Made by a program: the position numbers and the translations under genes. Positions 1 to 10,974 of a DNA stretch of 64,000 bases are shown piece after piece. The notes beneath the pieces were generated by a model. The model made no database searches. It had not been told where the DNA came from and saw only the letters and a list, made by a program, of their open reading frames with translations. Origin of the DNA: a virus. The first letter of the stretch is position 1, and every line of letters begins with the position of its first letter. Location of the stretch: the IMG/VR virus record IMGVR_UViG_2716884425_000003, positions 48,768-112,767 of that record. One strand, 5' to 3'.

Positions 1-3000
1 CTCTTCGAGCGCGAGAGGGATAATAAGTCACCCTTTCTTGTACATTAATGTAATCATCCCTGCGATTCCACCAAGTGTAGGTAAGATACTTTCTAGAGTA
101 TATAGTCTGATTTTGAGAATAACCATATACGTAAGGCGTAGGTTGACGGTTCATTACAAAATTAACATTAATTTCGCTTTGCCCGCAGTCATTACTAACG
201 ATTATTTTTTGAGTGGCTCCATCATCAGCGGCGGTCATTTTTTTAAATAAAGACTTGTAAGTGTAATGGTTACGGTAATACCAATAATAACCTTGACTCC
301 CGGTGCTAAGCCCATCCCAAAAACTACTGTCATAAATATAATTTTTAACTAAACCATAGTACTGCCTGTATCGAGCGTAGTATTTTATTCCAGCTTCATT
401 TAAACTATTCAAGGGTATCCATATTTTATCACACGGATTAAAAGGAACCGTAACATTGTAAACCCTACTCTCTCTTCCTCCGCCCAATTGGGTTAGTCCA
501 CCACCCGCTATCGAAGCTATGTAATTTCCATAATAAGGAGGTGAGATTACGGATGGGTCAGTTACTGTAACGTAATCAGGTCGCAAGTACGGGTCGCCGC
601 ATTCTTTCGCGTTTATTGTCCAAGTAATACTACAGGTTCTTGGCCATATAGATTGGTACCCGCCTTCTGGATCGTACCCATTACCATTGGGGTAATTTTT
701 ATATCGCATGTTGCAGGTAATAGTACCGCTTTGATTTTCACTCCAAGTTCTAGTGTAAGTAGAGTTATTTAAAGCGTAGGGAATGGTGGTGCTTTCATAC
801 TGTCCAGTATCTCCATCACGTACGTTAATTGTCCAAGTGTATTCTATGCCTCCAGTTTCCAATTCTGGAATGTTTGGGTCAGTAGCTAAAGCTTCAAGCG
901 TTAATGAGTTTTCTAAAAAGCCGGGTTGCGAAGTTAGGCTATAATAATTTGAATTGTAATAGTATGAATAATATGCATTGTACCTTCCCGTTGTCGTTCT
1001 TGGATCGGCCCAGTCTTCTAAAATCCAATCCTGATTACTTCGCCAAGGGTTAGCTGGTACTCTTAAAGCAATTTTTTGTAACTTAGGAAGTTTTATGGTT
1101 ATACCCGGACAGCTACCTTCTCCAACAAGGTTACCATTAGCGTCAAAAGCTTCTACGGAAATTGGGCCTTTTATACCTTTTCTAACATTTGTCCAAGTTA
1201 GCTTTGAGCCTTCCCAATCTTCACCTAAATAACTTTCTGTATATGTGTCGTCTTGTGCTGCTCGACCCTTGTTTTTCCAAACGTAAGTGTATGGCCCCGG
1301 CGGCATAACTTCAGCTTTTCTATAAATACCTGCCCAAGGCTCCCCTTTACCCGACCCGACTGGATTGAAAGAAGCGGTAATTATTGCATCGTCTCCCAAA
1401 TCTACCTTACCGCCGCAACTTGTTATTTTTAACCGAGCTATTGGTGGGGGCGGCGGATTAGGATACGACATTACTACTAAATATATTCTGGTAAGATAAG
1501 GAAATTGATAAAAATATTTAGGTCGATTTCTGGGCCCTATTTTAACATAAGCAGTATATATTCCATAATTATCGTAATCTATATTACGGACACTTATCTC
1601 ACCCAAACTAGTTTCGTTCAGCATTATATTGGGCCGACTTGTTGTAGAAAAAGAACGACGACCTTGAGTGCTTGACCCTATAGTTAGCCGGCCGTTTCCA
1701 TAGCCGTAAGGCTGAAAATACCAAGTAACCTCCGCGGGCATTGGCCTTAAAACGCTCCATCTCGGATCGTAGAACGATTGTGCAGTACACCACATTCTTA
1801 TACTTTCACCCTCGTACATGTAAACATATTTAGTATGACCATATGCCCTGACCCTGCTGCCCCTAGAGCTCCTTAAATATTTATAGTAATAATAGTAAAA
1901 GCCTACATTTAATGTATCAACAGAAGTGTGTATTCCATCTGCATAAGGTCCGCCTAAAACAACATCTTCTGGACCGTATATAGCCTCTCTCCAAACTTTA
2001 AAATTGTCTATCCAACCAGTAAAGTTATGAGTACCGCTAATTGTGGAACCTATAGCTCTGGAGCCGCTCCAAGGAGCTTTTAGGGTACTATCCGTATTTC
2101 TTATTCCTGTTATTGTACCTTGGGCATCATTATCTTCAGCTTGCAAACCGAATCTATTGACTGTCGAGCCTTGAACTACTTCAATATCATCTAACCAAAG
2201 TTCTAAATCACTATCTCTTCTCTGTACAGCAAAGTGCAAAAACTTATTATTTAATAAATAATTAGTGTGACGCGGATCTATTCTTTCTGGTTCAAAATAA
2301 TCTGTTACATCTCCATCCGGACCATGCACAGAGAAAAATCCACTAGTATTGGTAAGCTTTAAGTTACCAAAATCAAAAATAGTCATTCCCGGATTTTCAT
2401 CATCACCCTTTGGTATCTCTTTAAACTTGATCCAACCTTCAATTGTAAAGTCATTAGCTAAGTTAAATTGCTCCGCAGAGTCCTGATCATCCCTGTCCCT
2501 AAATGGATAAACTCCAGTTCCACTAACCAATATAGAGTTTCCTTGTGCGGTTGGAGAATAAATTAAATTTGACGCGCCGTGAGCTAATCTGGAGTCTGTA
2601 AAAATAGTATACGGATCAGAGTTATTGATTGTACCGTTAACTAACTTTTTATTGTGAAAAATTAAGCCGAGTGATTTGAGGTGGCTAGTGCCCAGCCGCA
2701 CATTGTCCTTGCCCACGTAAAAATGGCCGCGGTGTCGATCCTCCTTCTCGAAGCCCAAGCCGAAAAAGGCATCGGCAGGGCTGCTTTCAACACCAAATTC
2801 TCCAAATATATAATCTCCAGCAGCATGCGAAGCTAGGAAGTTAGTGTTCTCTCCCCTTTCTATTATGTACAGGGGTTCATCGACATCGCCGGTCACCTTA
2901 AACACGTCGGTATATAGTTTGGAGATTGTATCACTGTACAAGCCTTGGCCAGTAGCGGCAGCCCTTGAAAGATACAGGTACCCCCTGTGATAAAAACTAA

Positions 3001-5758
3001 ACGCTCCGTTTGGAGAAAAGTAGGGATCTAAAGTGCTAGAGGTAACTGAGTCAGTGCTAATGTCTATATCCTTTAATAGCGTCAAAGAACCATCATCATT
3101 AATTTTTAATGTATTAATTTTTCTGACATTAGCTATAGCACCCACTTTTGTTGTATTTCTATTGCTTAGAAGTAGAGTACCGGTGTTTGCGTCGCTCGGC
3201 GATTGCACAGGGGTTACTGAGTAATCATCAATAATAAATATATAATCTTCATCGCCGATAATTATATTGGGGTAAGACCAATTGTTAGCGTTAACACCAT
3301 TTTCTGATCTTTCACTGTCAGTATAGCGTATTTTATATAATCCCTTGGAGCCGTTTGCGGGATCAGCTGGATTTTCATTTACATCCATATACAGATCGTG
3401 AGCGGTACCCTTCTCACTTGTCCAATGTTCCAAAACTAACTCTTGATCATAAAAATTAGAATTCCAAGGGCTACTTGATCCAGCTTTGTGTTTAGCAAAC
3501 ATGTAAACATGAGACTTGCCATTTTTTGTTAAAGCAAACATGCCGTTCTTGACAGTCGGTGTTCCATTTAACATTGCCCATGGATATTCGTTTCCACTAA
3601 TTTTTATCCAATCTGTTTCACTCGTGTTTGCGGGTATAGTATCTGAACTCGAGGCATAAACGGGTCCAGAAACTGAAGACTTAGTTATCCCTCTAGACGC
3701 GGTTGAGAAATGCTCCGCTGCGAGACCCCTTGATCCCCCATCCTCACCGTATATTTTAACACGGTCAATTCCTTTGGGCACGGTCGGATTTCTCTCTTCG
3801 CCAAGTATATTCCCGAGAGAGTCATATCGCGGTAGCGTTGTATCGATGCCTACTTTATAAGATTTTATTGTCCAATCTCTAGTTCCCGCGAACACCTCAT
3901 TTCCTTCAAATACATAAAAAGATTTACCATCATGAGCTACGTTCTCATATAAAGAATTTTGCCTCAAATCAATAGCTCCTAATCCTAAAAACACATCATT
4001 GTGAGTAGTCACATCGGCCTGAACCCCTACTTTATAATCTCCCATTCCGTCATCCCTAGCTCCGCTATCTTTTTTATTTAAAGAAATTAATTTAATTCTA
4101 GGCAAGCCACGCTTTTGATAATAAGTCGGAGACCTAGAGCCGTCAAAGCACGCAATCGCAATAAAATCATCTGTTACGAAAAGTTTGCCCGGAGCAGTTC
4201 CGTGAATTAAATTTAACCAATCGTGTTCGAATACTAAACCCTGCCTCGAAGTTTTTATAGGGTTTTGTCTCAGTGGTTCTCCCGCTGGTATATTAACAGT
4301 AAAGATACCGTTGTAGAGACTAAATTCAGGATCCGCTGGAGCGCCATTTGAATCAAAACGTACGCTTTTTAACGCAAAGTCAGAAGTGTTTGTTAAATGC
4401 TTGTATGCTCCTCTTTTATCCGAATTATCTTCGACCACGGAAAATTTTGAGGCAGTATAATCAGTAGTTCCTCCCGCGTTAAGATTGTAAGATAAATCAA
4501 CATATAGATCGCCACGGATTAGTGACTCGGAGGTGGGGAATATATACGGAGGAGGCAGCAGAGAATTACTAGAAGATTCAGTATACCTAGCTACGCCTTT
4601 GCTTATTCTTATATTATCCAACAAGCCAATGTAGTCATGACTACCTTCATCGTTCGGTCCGGTTACGATACCATAATTATCAAAACCAATAGAAATGTGA
4701 TCAATTGAACCCCTTAATGAATCGTCTTTAGATATCGATCCATCCCAACCCGTACTACTGCCATAAGAAGTAGTTAAAGAATCCGCAAGGATGCCATTTA
4801 CATAAAGTAGAAGCTGCGTAGAGTCTTTAACAAACGCTACATGATGCCAGTCATGATCACTTAACGCATTAACGCCGTCTGTTGTTGTGTTAGAGTATAA
4901 CACAAAATCTGCATTAGCACCAGAAGTGTCAGCGTCACCATTTGGAACGGAAGCTACAAACCCCTTAGACAAACTATAACCCACGTTAAAGCATCGGCTA
5001 GACAAAATAACAGAATCAACCTTTGTTCTTTGTTCCGCTCTAGTTGTAGCAGAATTAGTTCTAGCATATACGTTATCAGAGCTACCAAGCGCTGTCTCCA
5101 AATAACTAAAGTTTTCAAGAAGTGCTGGCTTAGCCCAAAACTCAACAGTAAAGTTAGTTTGAGAAAAATCGAACGGGCCTTCGGCACCTTCGTAAATTAA
5201 ACCTTGTTTGTCTATCAAATTTGAAGACATTCCGAATGAAAAACTATGCCCATCAAACTTGCCCTTTGTGATGGTGCTGAAGCCCATCGCGGGAACAGAT
5301 TTACTTAAAGATACCTTCTTTAATTTAGGTAAGTCACTATTGTTTTCATCAGCTAAATTACTATAGATGTGACTGTTGATATCTTGCTCACCATAAAAAG
5401 CAGTTTTTTGCAGCAACAAAACAACTTTGTCAAAATTAGGGTCACCCTCCTCTTTTGATACTGTTTCACCAAGGTAGTTTTTACCATTAGTTCCAATTAT
5501 CACTCCACTTAGGTTTTGGTCTATTTCAACTTTTTGATTCGCTAAAGGGTTACTAGATAATGACCCGAAGTTTGTAGAAAATCCTCCATTATAATAATTA
5601 TCCGTATCAAAGGTAGGCAAATTAGAACCGCTTACCACTTGCTGCTCCCACTCAGTTGAGTCAATGAAATTATTGTCTAACTTCAAATGGAGTATTAAGT
5701 CATCCCTCTCTTTCCTAGGATAACTATTTCTCCTTCCGGGCTGTACGGAGCATCTCAT
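1..5758 (-). CDS. Giant (>1919 aa, 3'-truncated by window edge) LamG/concanavalin-like multi-domain virion/fibre protein
   Basis: Not in ORF track because there is no stop inside the window. ATG at 5758 (MRCSVQPGRRNSY...). Manual translation gives LamG motifs FTVEFWAKP...WHHVAFVKDSTQLLLYVNG (~5.15-4.8 kb) and DFTIEGWIK (~2.45 kb); the frame is still open at position 2 (...VTYYPSRARR). The middle was not fully translated by hand. Confidence 0.85.
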   Translation of the reverse strand, partial: MRCSVQPGRRNSYPRKERDDLILHLKLDNNFIDSTEWEQQVVSGSNLPTFDTDNYYNGGFSTNFGSLSSNPLANQKVEIDQNLSGVIIGTNGKNYLGETVSKEEGDPNFDKVVLLLQKTAFYGEQDINSHIYSNLADENNSDLPKLKKVSLSKSVPAMGFSTITKGKFDGHSFSFGMSSNLIDKQGLIYEGAEGPFDFSQTNFTVEFWAKPALLENFSYLETALGSSDNVYARTNSATTRAEQRTKVDSVILSSRCFNVGYSLSKGFVASVPNGDADTSGANADFVLYSNTTTDGVNALSDHDWHHVAFVKDSTQLLLYVNGILADSLTTSYGSSTGWDGSISKDDSLRGSIDHISIGFDNYGIVTGPNDEGSHDYIGLLDNIRISKGVARYTESSSNSLLPPPYIFPTSESLIRGDLYVDLSYNLNAGGTTDYTASKFSVVEDNSDKRGAYKHLTNTSDFALKSVRFDSNGAPADPEFSLYNGIFTVNIPAGEPLRQNPIKTSRQGLVFEHDWLNLIHGTAPGKLFVTDDFIAIACFDGSRSPTYYQKRGLPRIKLISLNKKDSGARDDGMGDYKVGVQADVTTHNDVFLGLGAIDLRQNSLYENVAHDGKSFYVFEGNEVFAGTRDWTIKSYKVGIDTTLPRYDSLGNILGEERNPTVPKGIDRVKIYGEDGGSRGLAAEHFSTASRGITKSSVSGPVYASSSDTIPANTSETDWIKISGNEYPWAMLNGTPTVKNGMFALTKNGKSHVYMFAKHKAGSSSPWNSNFYDQELVLEHWTSEKGTAHDLYMDVNENPADPANGSKGLYKIRYTDSERSENGVNANNWSYPNIIIGDEDYIFIIDDYSVTPVQSPSDANTGTLLLSNRNTTKVGAIANVRKINTLKINDDGSLTLLKDIDISTDSVTSSTLDPYFSPNGAFSFYHRGYLYLSRAAATGQGLYSDTISKLYTDVFKVTGDVDEPLYIIERGENTNFLASHAAGDYIFGEFGVESSPADAFFGLGFEKEDRHRGHFYVGKDNVRLGTSHLKSLGLIFHNKKLVNGTINNSDPYTIFTDSRLAHGASNLIYSPTAQGNSILVSGTGVYPFRDRDDQDSAEQFNLANDFTIEGWIKFKEIPKGDDENPGMTIFDFGNLKLTNTSGFFSVHGPDGDVTDYFEPERIDPRHTNYLLNNKFLHFAVQRRDSDLELWLDDIEVVQGSTVNRFGLQAEDNDAQGTITGIRNTDSTLKAPWSGSRAIGSTISGTHNFTGWIDNFKVWREAIYGPEDVVLGGPYADGIHTSVDTLNVGFYYYYYKYLRSSRGSRVRAYGHTKYVYMYEGESIRMWCTAQSFYDPRWSVLRPMPAEVTWYFQPYGYGNGRLTIGSSTQGRRSFSTTSRPNIMLNETSLGEISVRNIDYDNYGIYTAYVKIGPRNRPKYFYQFPYLTRIYLVVMSYPNPPPPPIARLKITSCGGKVDLGDDAIITASFNPVGSGKGEPWAGIYRKAEVMPPGPYTYVWKNKGRAAQDDTYTESYLGEDWEGSKLTWTNVRKGIKGPISVEAFDANGNLVGEGSCPGITIKLPKLQKIALRVPANPWRSNQDWILEDWADPRTTTGRYNAYYSYYYNSNYYSLTSQPGFLENSLTLEALATDPNIPELETGGIEYTWTINVRDGDTGQYESTTIPYALNNSTYTRTWSENQSGTITCNMRYKNYPNGNGYDPEGGYQSIWPRTCSITWTINAKECGDPYLRPDYVTVTDPSVISPPYYGNYIASIAGGGLTQLGGGRESRVYNVTVPFNPCDKIWIPLNSLNEAGIKYYARYRQYYGLVKNYIYDSSFWDGLSTGSQGYYWYYRNHYTYKSLFKKMTAADDGATQKIIVSNDCGQSEINVNFVMNRQPTPYVYGYSQNQTIYSRKYLTYTWWNRRDDYINVQERVTYYPSRARR

Positions 5759-5765
5759 TTATAAA

Positions 5766-6344
5766 CTAAAGAGTAGTAGCTTGCCTGACGTCAGAGGCTA
5801 TTGTAGAAAAGATGAAGTCATTAATTTTAGTTGCGACCAGCACATCCTTGTCACCTTCTTCAGGACTTAGAGCCGCATAACCGCCATCAAAATGATACGT
5901 CGAATCAAAATCTAGAGTATGATTTCCATTATCCCCTTGCCTAATTACGATAGTAATTGTTCTTCCATTTTTCATATTATCAGGAGCGCTTAAAGTGCAA
6001 GCTCCATTAATTGTAATATCAAAAAAGTTATAGTCTGCGGCGTCAGGAGTATAGTTAGAATTACTGATCGAGATGTTTGACCTAACTAATGGAGCATATT
6101 GGTTTGAAGCATTAAACCAGCCTGATGCGTTAACATACGCTACTGGATCTCCGTTAACTCCATCAAGAATATCTGGCACTTGAGCTATTGCATACACGCC
6201 TGATCCAGCAGGTCCGGTGGGGCCCGCTGGTCCAGTGGCACCGAAAGGTATATTCTCTAGTGCGTCTTTTACATTATCCGGAAAAGATTTTCCGTACTTA
6301 AAGTAATTTTTACAGTTTTCTCCATCTGGTTCTACATGTGACAT
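5766..6344 (-). CDS. Fibre-associated protein with short collagen-like stretch and C-terminal beta domain
   Basis: GATGPAGPTGPAG repeat; C-terminal FDITINGACTLSAP...TIVIRQG...TLDF typical of phage fibre-tip domains. Confidence 0.65.
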   Translation of the reverse strand: MSHVEPDGENCKNYFKYGKSFPDNVKDALENIPFGATGPAGPTGPAGSGVYAIAQVPDILDGVNGDPVAYVNASGWFNASNQYAPLVRSNISISNSNYTPDAADYNFFDITINGACTLSAPDNMKNGRTITIVIRQGDNGNHTLDFDSTYHFDGGYAALSPEEGDKDVLVATKINDFIFSTIASDVRQATTL

Positions 6345-6408
6345 AGTGCTACTTCTCCGTAATATTATCTTGCAAAAACACCAAAAACATAATATATTTT
6401 TATAGAAA

Positions 6409-7530
6409 ATGAAGCTTCATACACTAGCTATACCACACACAATTACCTCAAAAGACTACTTAGCCTGTGCTTTTACGCAGAAAGTGTTAAAGTTCTGCCA
6501 GATGATGAAAAATGATTATGAAATAATTCATTATGGCCACGAAGATTCTGAAGTGGAGTGCTCGGAGCAGGTCACTGTGACCACCAATGAAGATCTAAAA
6601 AAAGCTTACGGTGATTACGACTGGAAGAAAGAGTTCTTTAAACACAATACCGCAGATCACGCCCACCAGACTTTTTATCATAAAACAGAAATCGAACTAA
6701 ACAAAAGAGCAGAGCAGGGAGACGCTATACTTTGCTTCTGGGGTAATGGACACAAGCAGGTCGCAGAAAAATTTCAAGACAAATGTTTTGTGATAGAGCC
6801 CGGAATAGGTTATGATGCAGGTAGCACTTTTGCGCCCCACAAAGTTTTTGAATCTTATGCTGTTATGCACTCAATCTATGGAGAGCTAGGAGTAAAACAT
6901 CCAGCTTGGTACGACGCGGTTATTCCAAATTACTTTGATCCAGAAGATTTTGAGTTTAGCTGCATTAAAGATAATTACATTCTTTATCTCGGCAGAATTA
7001 CTGAGATTAAGGGTCTGCATATAGCAATTGACGCAACTCGTAGAGCGGGCAAAAAACTCGTTCTAGCGGGCCAAGGAAGCCTTAAAGATCTGGGGTATGA
7101 CGAGATACCCAGTCACGTAGAAGTCGCCGGATACGCGAACCTCGAGGCAAGAAAGGCCCTTCTGAGAGATGCTGAAGCCCTTATTCTCCCAACGCACTAT
7201 ATTGAGCCATTTGGAGGTGTGACAATCGAGGCGTTATTCAGTGGAACACCGATCATCACCAGTGATTGGGGCTGCTTCGCAGAGAACAATCTACACGGAA
7301 TCACCGGCTATCGCTGCCGCAACATGAACCATTTTGTATGGGCATTAAATAACATAAAGTCAATTACTCCAGCCAATTGCAGAAGATGGGCTAAAGACAA
7401 TTTTTCTCTAGAAAGAGTAAGAGAGATGTACAAAGAATACCTTGAAGGTATAGATGATTTAAATAGGGATGGATTTTATGAATTAAATAATAAAAATAAT
7501 TTAAATTGGCTTAATAGATACTATCCTTAA
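6409..7530 (+). CDS. Glycosyltransferase family 4 (GT-B fold)
   Basis: YLGRITEIKG and EPFGGVTIEALFSGTPII (E-x7-E) motifs. Confidence 0.9.
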   Translation: MKLHTLAIPHTITSKDYLACAFTQKVLKFCQMMKNDYEIIHYGHEDSEVECSEQVTVTTNEDLKKAYGDYDWKKEFFKHNTADHAHQTFYHKTEIELNKRAEQGDAILCFWGNGHKQVAEKFQDKCFVIEPGIGYDAGSTFAPHKVFESYAVMHSIYGELGVKHPAWYDAVIPNYFDPEDFEFSCIKDNYILYLGRITEIKGLHIAIDATRRAGKKLVLAGQGSLKDLGYDEIPSHVEVAGYANLEARKALLRDAEALILPTHYIEPFGGVTIEALFSGTPIITSDWGCFAENNLHGITGYRCRNMNHFVWALNNIKSITPANCRRWAKDNFSLERVREMYKEYLEGIDDLNRDGFYELNNKNNLNWLNRYYP

Positions 7531-8396
7531 GTCAAGTCATAATCATATTCATATTTACCTAGTACATGGTCTGACACTTTAATAAACTCATATAAAGTTC
7601 CATGCTGCGCAGTGCCCACCTGAGCAAAGGTTCCATTTTGGAAAAGTACAGAGTTCCAAGTTAACGAAGCTCCCGCTGTTGCTCCAGCAGTTGTCATCTC
7701 AACCAAAACAAAAATCTTCTGACCCTTAGATATGTTAGAAAGACTTATCGCCCCAGAGGCAGACATTTCAATATGAAAAACGTCTGTAGTCGAACAGTCA
7801 AGCGTTATGTCTCCAGACATTGCTACTGCGGCATTAGTTCCACCCCTAAAAGAGGTACTGCCACTTGGTCCAGTCGGACCGGTGCTGCCCTGACTGCCAG
7901 ATGGCCCTGTCGGCCCGCTTGGTCCGCTGCTTCCAACTGGTCCAGCCAGATTAAGAATCCAATTGTTTATTGTAGCGGCGCCAGTTAAAGATAAAATTTT
8001 ACCAACCAATGCGCTACCATTGTAAGAGGTTACCTCAAATATAATTTTGTGGTCTGTAAAGCCCGAAGAGTTGGTTGTAGCTATCACAGTTTGGCCAGCG
8101 GTCCAATTCTTCAAAGTATCTGTAGCGAAAGTTATTGTTGCGTTTACCTTAACATTCGTAGTGTCACCAAAATTTATTGATGTATTTGAAGTTCCTTGGT
8201 AACTAGCAGCTGGTCCCGTGGCTCCAGCATCGCCCGAGGGCCCCGTGGGCCCCTGCGCCCCCGTAGGACCCGTGGCTCCCCCAGCGCTGCCGACTGGACC
8301 GGCGGGACCCGTAGCTCCAGCCGGACCCGTCGCTCCCAAATTGCCAGACGGCCCTGTAGCTCCGACGATATTACCTAAATAAAGAGTATTATTCAT
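7527..8396 (-). CDS. Collagen-like (G-x-T/P repeat) fibre protein
   Basis: Two GATGP/GPTGP/GPSGP blocks flanking a beta-rich domain; N-terminus MNNTLYLGNIVGATGP. Confidence 0.8.
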   Translation of the reverse strand: MNNTLYLGNIVGATGPSGNLGATGPAGATGPAGPVGSAGGATGPTGAQGPTGPSGDAGATGPAASYQGTSNTSINFGDTTNVKVNATITFATDTLKNWTAGQTVIATTNSSGFTDHKIIFEVTSYNGSALVGKILSLTGAATINNWILNLAGPVGSSGPSGPTGPSGSQGSTGPTGPSGSTSFRGGTNAAVAMSGDITLDCSTTDVFHIEMSASGAISLSNISKGQKIFVLVEMTTAGATAGASLTWNSVLFQNGTFAQVGTAQHGTLYEFIKVSDHVLGKYEYDYDLT

Positions 8397-9280
8397 TAAA
8401 AGCCTATGAAGTTCATTTTATTAATTTTGATTGACGGCGTAGGATTGCCAGAAGGAAAGCTTAACTTATAATATCTAAAGGTCTCAGTATTACTTAAAGA
8501 ATAATTAAATTTACCAACGATGTAAGATTGATTAACTCTAGTGTCTAAAGTTGAATAAGTTGAATCGTTATCTGATCCCATTAGGTGCCAACTAACAGGA
8601 GCGTCACCCGTTGAATAAACATCAATGTAGTATTTCGTTACAGTTTTACTTTTCCCAACGCCGTAGTCCACTTTTAAATCGACAGTTTGATACACTCCTC
8701 CAACACCTGTAGTTTGAGCCTCCCAATGGGTACCAGTATTTCCGTCAAAGACATTACTTGCTGCACCACCTAAAGTATTCGATCCAGTAATAGTTAAGCT
8801 GGTAGTAACAGTTTCAACGTCAATTCCGCCTATACCTGCTGGACCCCTTGGGCCTGTAGCGCCGACTTCTCCAGTTAAACTAACATTCCAAGAGCTATAG
8901 CTAGTGATACCGTCTTTAAACGAAATTGTACCAATAATAATTCCAGTAGTAGAATCGTAACTCGTTACATTTAGAACAATAAAATCTCCCGCATCAATAG
9001 CGGCCGCGATCAACAATACTTGACCCGTTCCCCAACACCGACCAGCACTAGCATTAATGGTTATAGTGTTACCTATAGTTACGGATGCTAGATTGATAGT
9101 ATCGCTACTTGTACCATTGCAATTAGGCGCTGGACCTGTTGCGCCCGAAACTCCCGAGGGTCCAGTGGGACCGGTAGCGCCGCCGGGACTTCCACTGGGT
9201 CCAACAACACCACTAGGGCCAGAAGGCCCCGTCGGACCTGTTGCTCCCAATATGTTTCCTATATATAAATTATTAGACAT
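8396..9280 (-). CDS. Collagen-like fibre protein with C-terminal F5/8 type C (discoidin)-like domain
   Basis: GATGP repeats; NVFDGNTGTHWE...LKVDYG...APVSWHLMGS...FRYYKL discoidin pattern. Confidence 0.8.
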   Translation of the reverse strand: MSNNLYIGNILGATGPTGPSGPSGVVGPSGSPGGATGPTGPSGVSGATGPAPNCNGTSSDTINLASVTIGNTITINASAGRCWGTGQVLLIAAAIDAGDFIVLNVTSYDSTTGIIIGTISFKDGITSYSSWNVSLTGEVGATGPRGPAGIGGIDVETVTTSLTITGSNTLGGAASNVFDGNTGTHWEAQTTGVGGVYQTVDLKVDYGVGKSKTVTKYYIDVYSTGDAPVSWHLMGSDNDSTYSTLDTRVNQSYIVGKFNYSLSNTETFRYYKLSFPSGNPTPSIKINKMNFIGF

Positions 9281-10973
9281 CTGGATATTGTAAAGTTAAA
9301 AGTCCGCTGGTGCTTTGTCCAGTTATATGAACCTGTACGCCAGAAAAGTCAACGAATGATTGCCTGTATCCCGTCATATACCAATCAAAGTCTTGATCTT
9401 TGTACATTCCTTTTTCTAAATATATATGTGTGGTATCAAAACAGGGAGTTCCTGACGCATATTTATTAGTCATCTTAGTTCCAGTCGTATAAGTGTTAGA
9501 CAAGCCAGACTCAATTAATAAACTTGGAGGCGTAATACAAATGCATTCTCCAGATTTATAACCCGAAGTTAAATTCGGCGTAACGTCTACGTACTTAACG
9601 TCACTACCAGCGCTATAAGAATTTGTTACAGTATAAACTGTTGCGTCTTCATTAACTCTAATATTGTCTCCCACACCAATAACTTCTCTTTCTTCATGGT
9701 AGTAAATTCTACCTTGGCCTATAGATCTATCCGTATGAACTTTAGAGTTGCAACAATTTGTTGGGTAGTAGTTTACAATGCCACTTATAGTATGATTTTC
9801 TTGGTTTTCACTTTCGTCATAAAGACCCCCGATTATAACATGGTCCCCAGTATTAAAGGAAGATCCATCTTCAACATAAATAACCTTAGTGCCGGGGTCA
9901 AGACCAGAAATACCCGTGAATCCGACAATTGTTTCATCGGGGGTAAAATTAGAAGTATAACGAGCTACATTCGAGACCCTTACGCCTTCCATATATCCTT
10001 TAAAATAATAACTATGACCGTGATATGGAGTATTGGTATAGAACTTACCTATAGTAGCCCCCCCATGACTAGTATTCTCAATATCGTAGGTGCTAGTTGC
10101 AGTATGCTTAAGGTCTCCATTTAGAAAAAGTCTAAGCGTACCGCTGGACCTCGAAACTGCCGCATGACTCCACGTATTTAAAGAAAGAATCGGTCCAGTA
10201 TTTATTGGGTGAGGGGTAAGACTATTAGCTGTAGTATTAGGACTCTCTACCCAATAAAGTCTACAATTTGCATCATCACTATCAGATGGCCCATTACCAT
10301 CAGCACCTCGGGTCACTAATCCCCACCCAGACCATGAACTATCCCCAAGTAGAGAGCCAAAAATAGACATCGTACTATTTTCTTCAGGCCTTACCCAAGC
10401 TTCAATTGTAAAATCTCCAGTATTAAAATCTATATTACTACTACCAGATATAGAAAGGTAATCCCCACTACCGTCAAAGTATATAGAACTGTCACTATAT
10501 TTAGAAGCTCCAGTTGAATGAATTACATCTCCATAAGCGGTTATTGAATGAGCATGGCTGGAACTATCCGTAAATGTCGTGCTTCCGTGTGAAGTTCCCG
10601 ACGGGGAATTTAATAAAAATGCAGTGTTAGAATCGCTTGAAAATGCTTCTCCACTAGACGCAAGTGCACCAGTGAGTCCCGGTAAATTATTCGGAACACC
10701 GACCGGTGGACCACCAAAATAAAAACCATAAGCTATTTGATTTCTAGGTACATATCTAACTCCATTAACTACTAATTCATTAAAGACTCCAGAGTTAAAA
10801 GTTGCTAGGCTATTCCCGTCGCCACTAACGAGTAGATTTTCGCCACTAATAATTCCACCGCTTATTGTTGGAAAGTTATTATTGTCTATTCCACAAATAG
10901 TTACAGAACCACCATCAATACCACATATTTCATTGGTTTTAATCTTATCTGCTGTGAACGTTTTATTTGACAT
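9273..10973 (-). CDS. LamG-domain virion protein
   Basis: SIYFDGSGDYL...DFTIEAWVRP...WSHAAVSRSSGTLRLFLNG...GYMEGVRVSNVARY. Confidence 0.85.
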   Translation of the reverse strand: MSNKTFTADKIKTNEICGIDGGSVTICGIDNNNFPTISGGIISGENLLVSGDGNSLATFNSGVFNELVVNGVRYVPRNQIAYGFYFGGPPVGVPNNLPGLTGALASSGEAFSSDSNTAFLLNSPSGTSHGSTTFTDSSSHAHSITAYGDVIHSTGASKYSDSSIYFDGSGDYLSISGSSNIDFNTGDFTIEAWVRPEENSTMSIFGSLLGDSSWSGWGLVTRGADGNGPSDSDDANCRLYWVESPNTTANSLTPHPINTGPILSLNTWSHAAVSRSSGTLRLFLNGDLKHTATSTYDIENTSHGGATIGKFYTNTPYHGHSYYFKGYMEGVRVSNVARYTSNFTPDETIVGFTGISGLDPGTKVIYVEDGSSFNTGDHVIIGGLYDESENQENHTISGIVNYYPTNCCNSKVHTDRSIGQGRIYYHEEREVIGVGDNIRVNEDATVYTVTNSYSAGSDVKYVDVTPNLTSGYKSGECICITPPSLLIESGLSNTYTTGTKMTNKYASGTPCFDTTHIYLEKGMYKDQDFDWYMTGYRQSFVDFSGVQVHITGQSTSGLLTLQYPDV

Positions 10974-10974
10974 T

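Noticed and set aside
1-5765. Possible stop-codon recoding or non-coding desert
   Set aside because: A single standard-code frame is open from 5758 to the window edge; the ORF caller simply lacked a stop. All other genes read normally in code 11.
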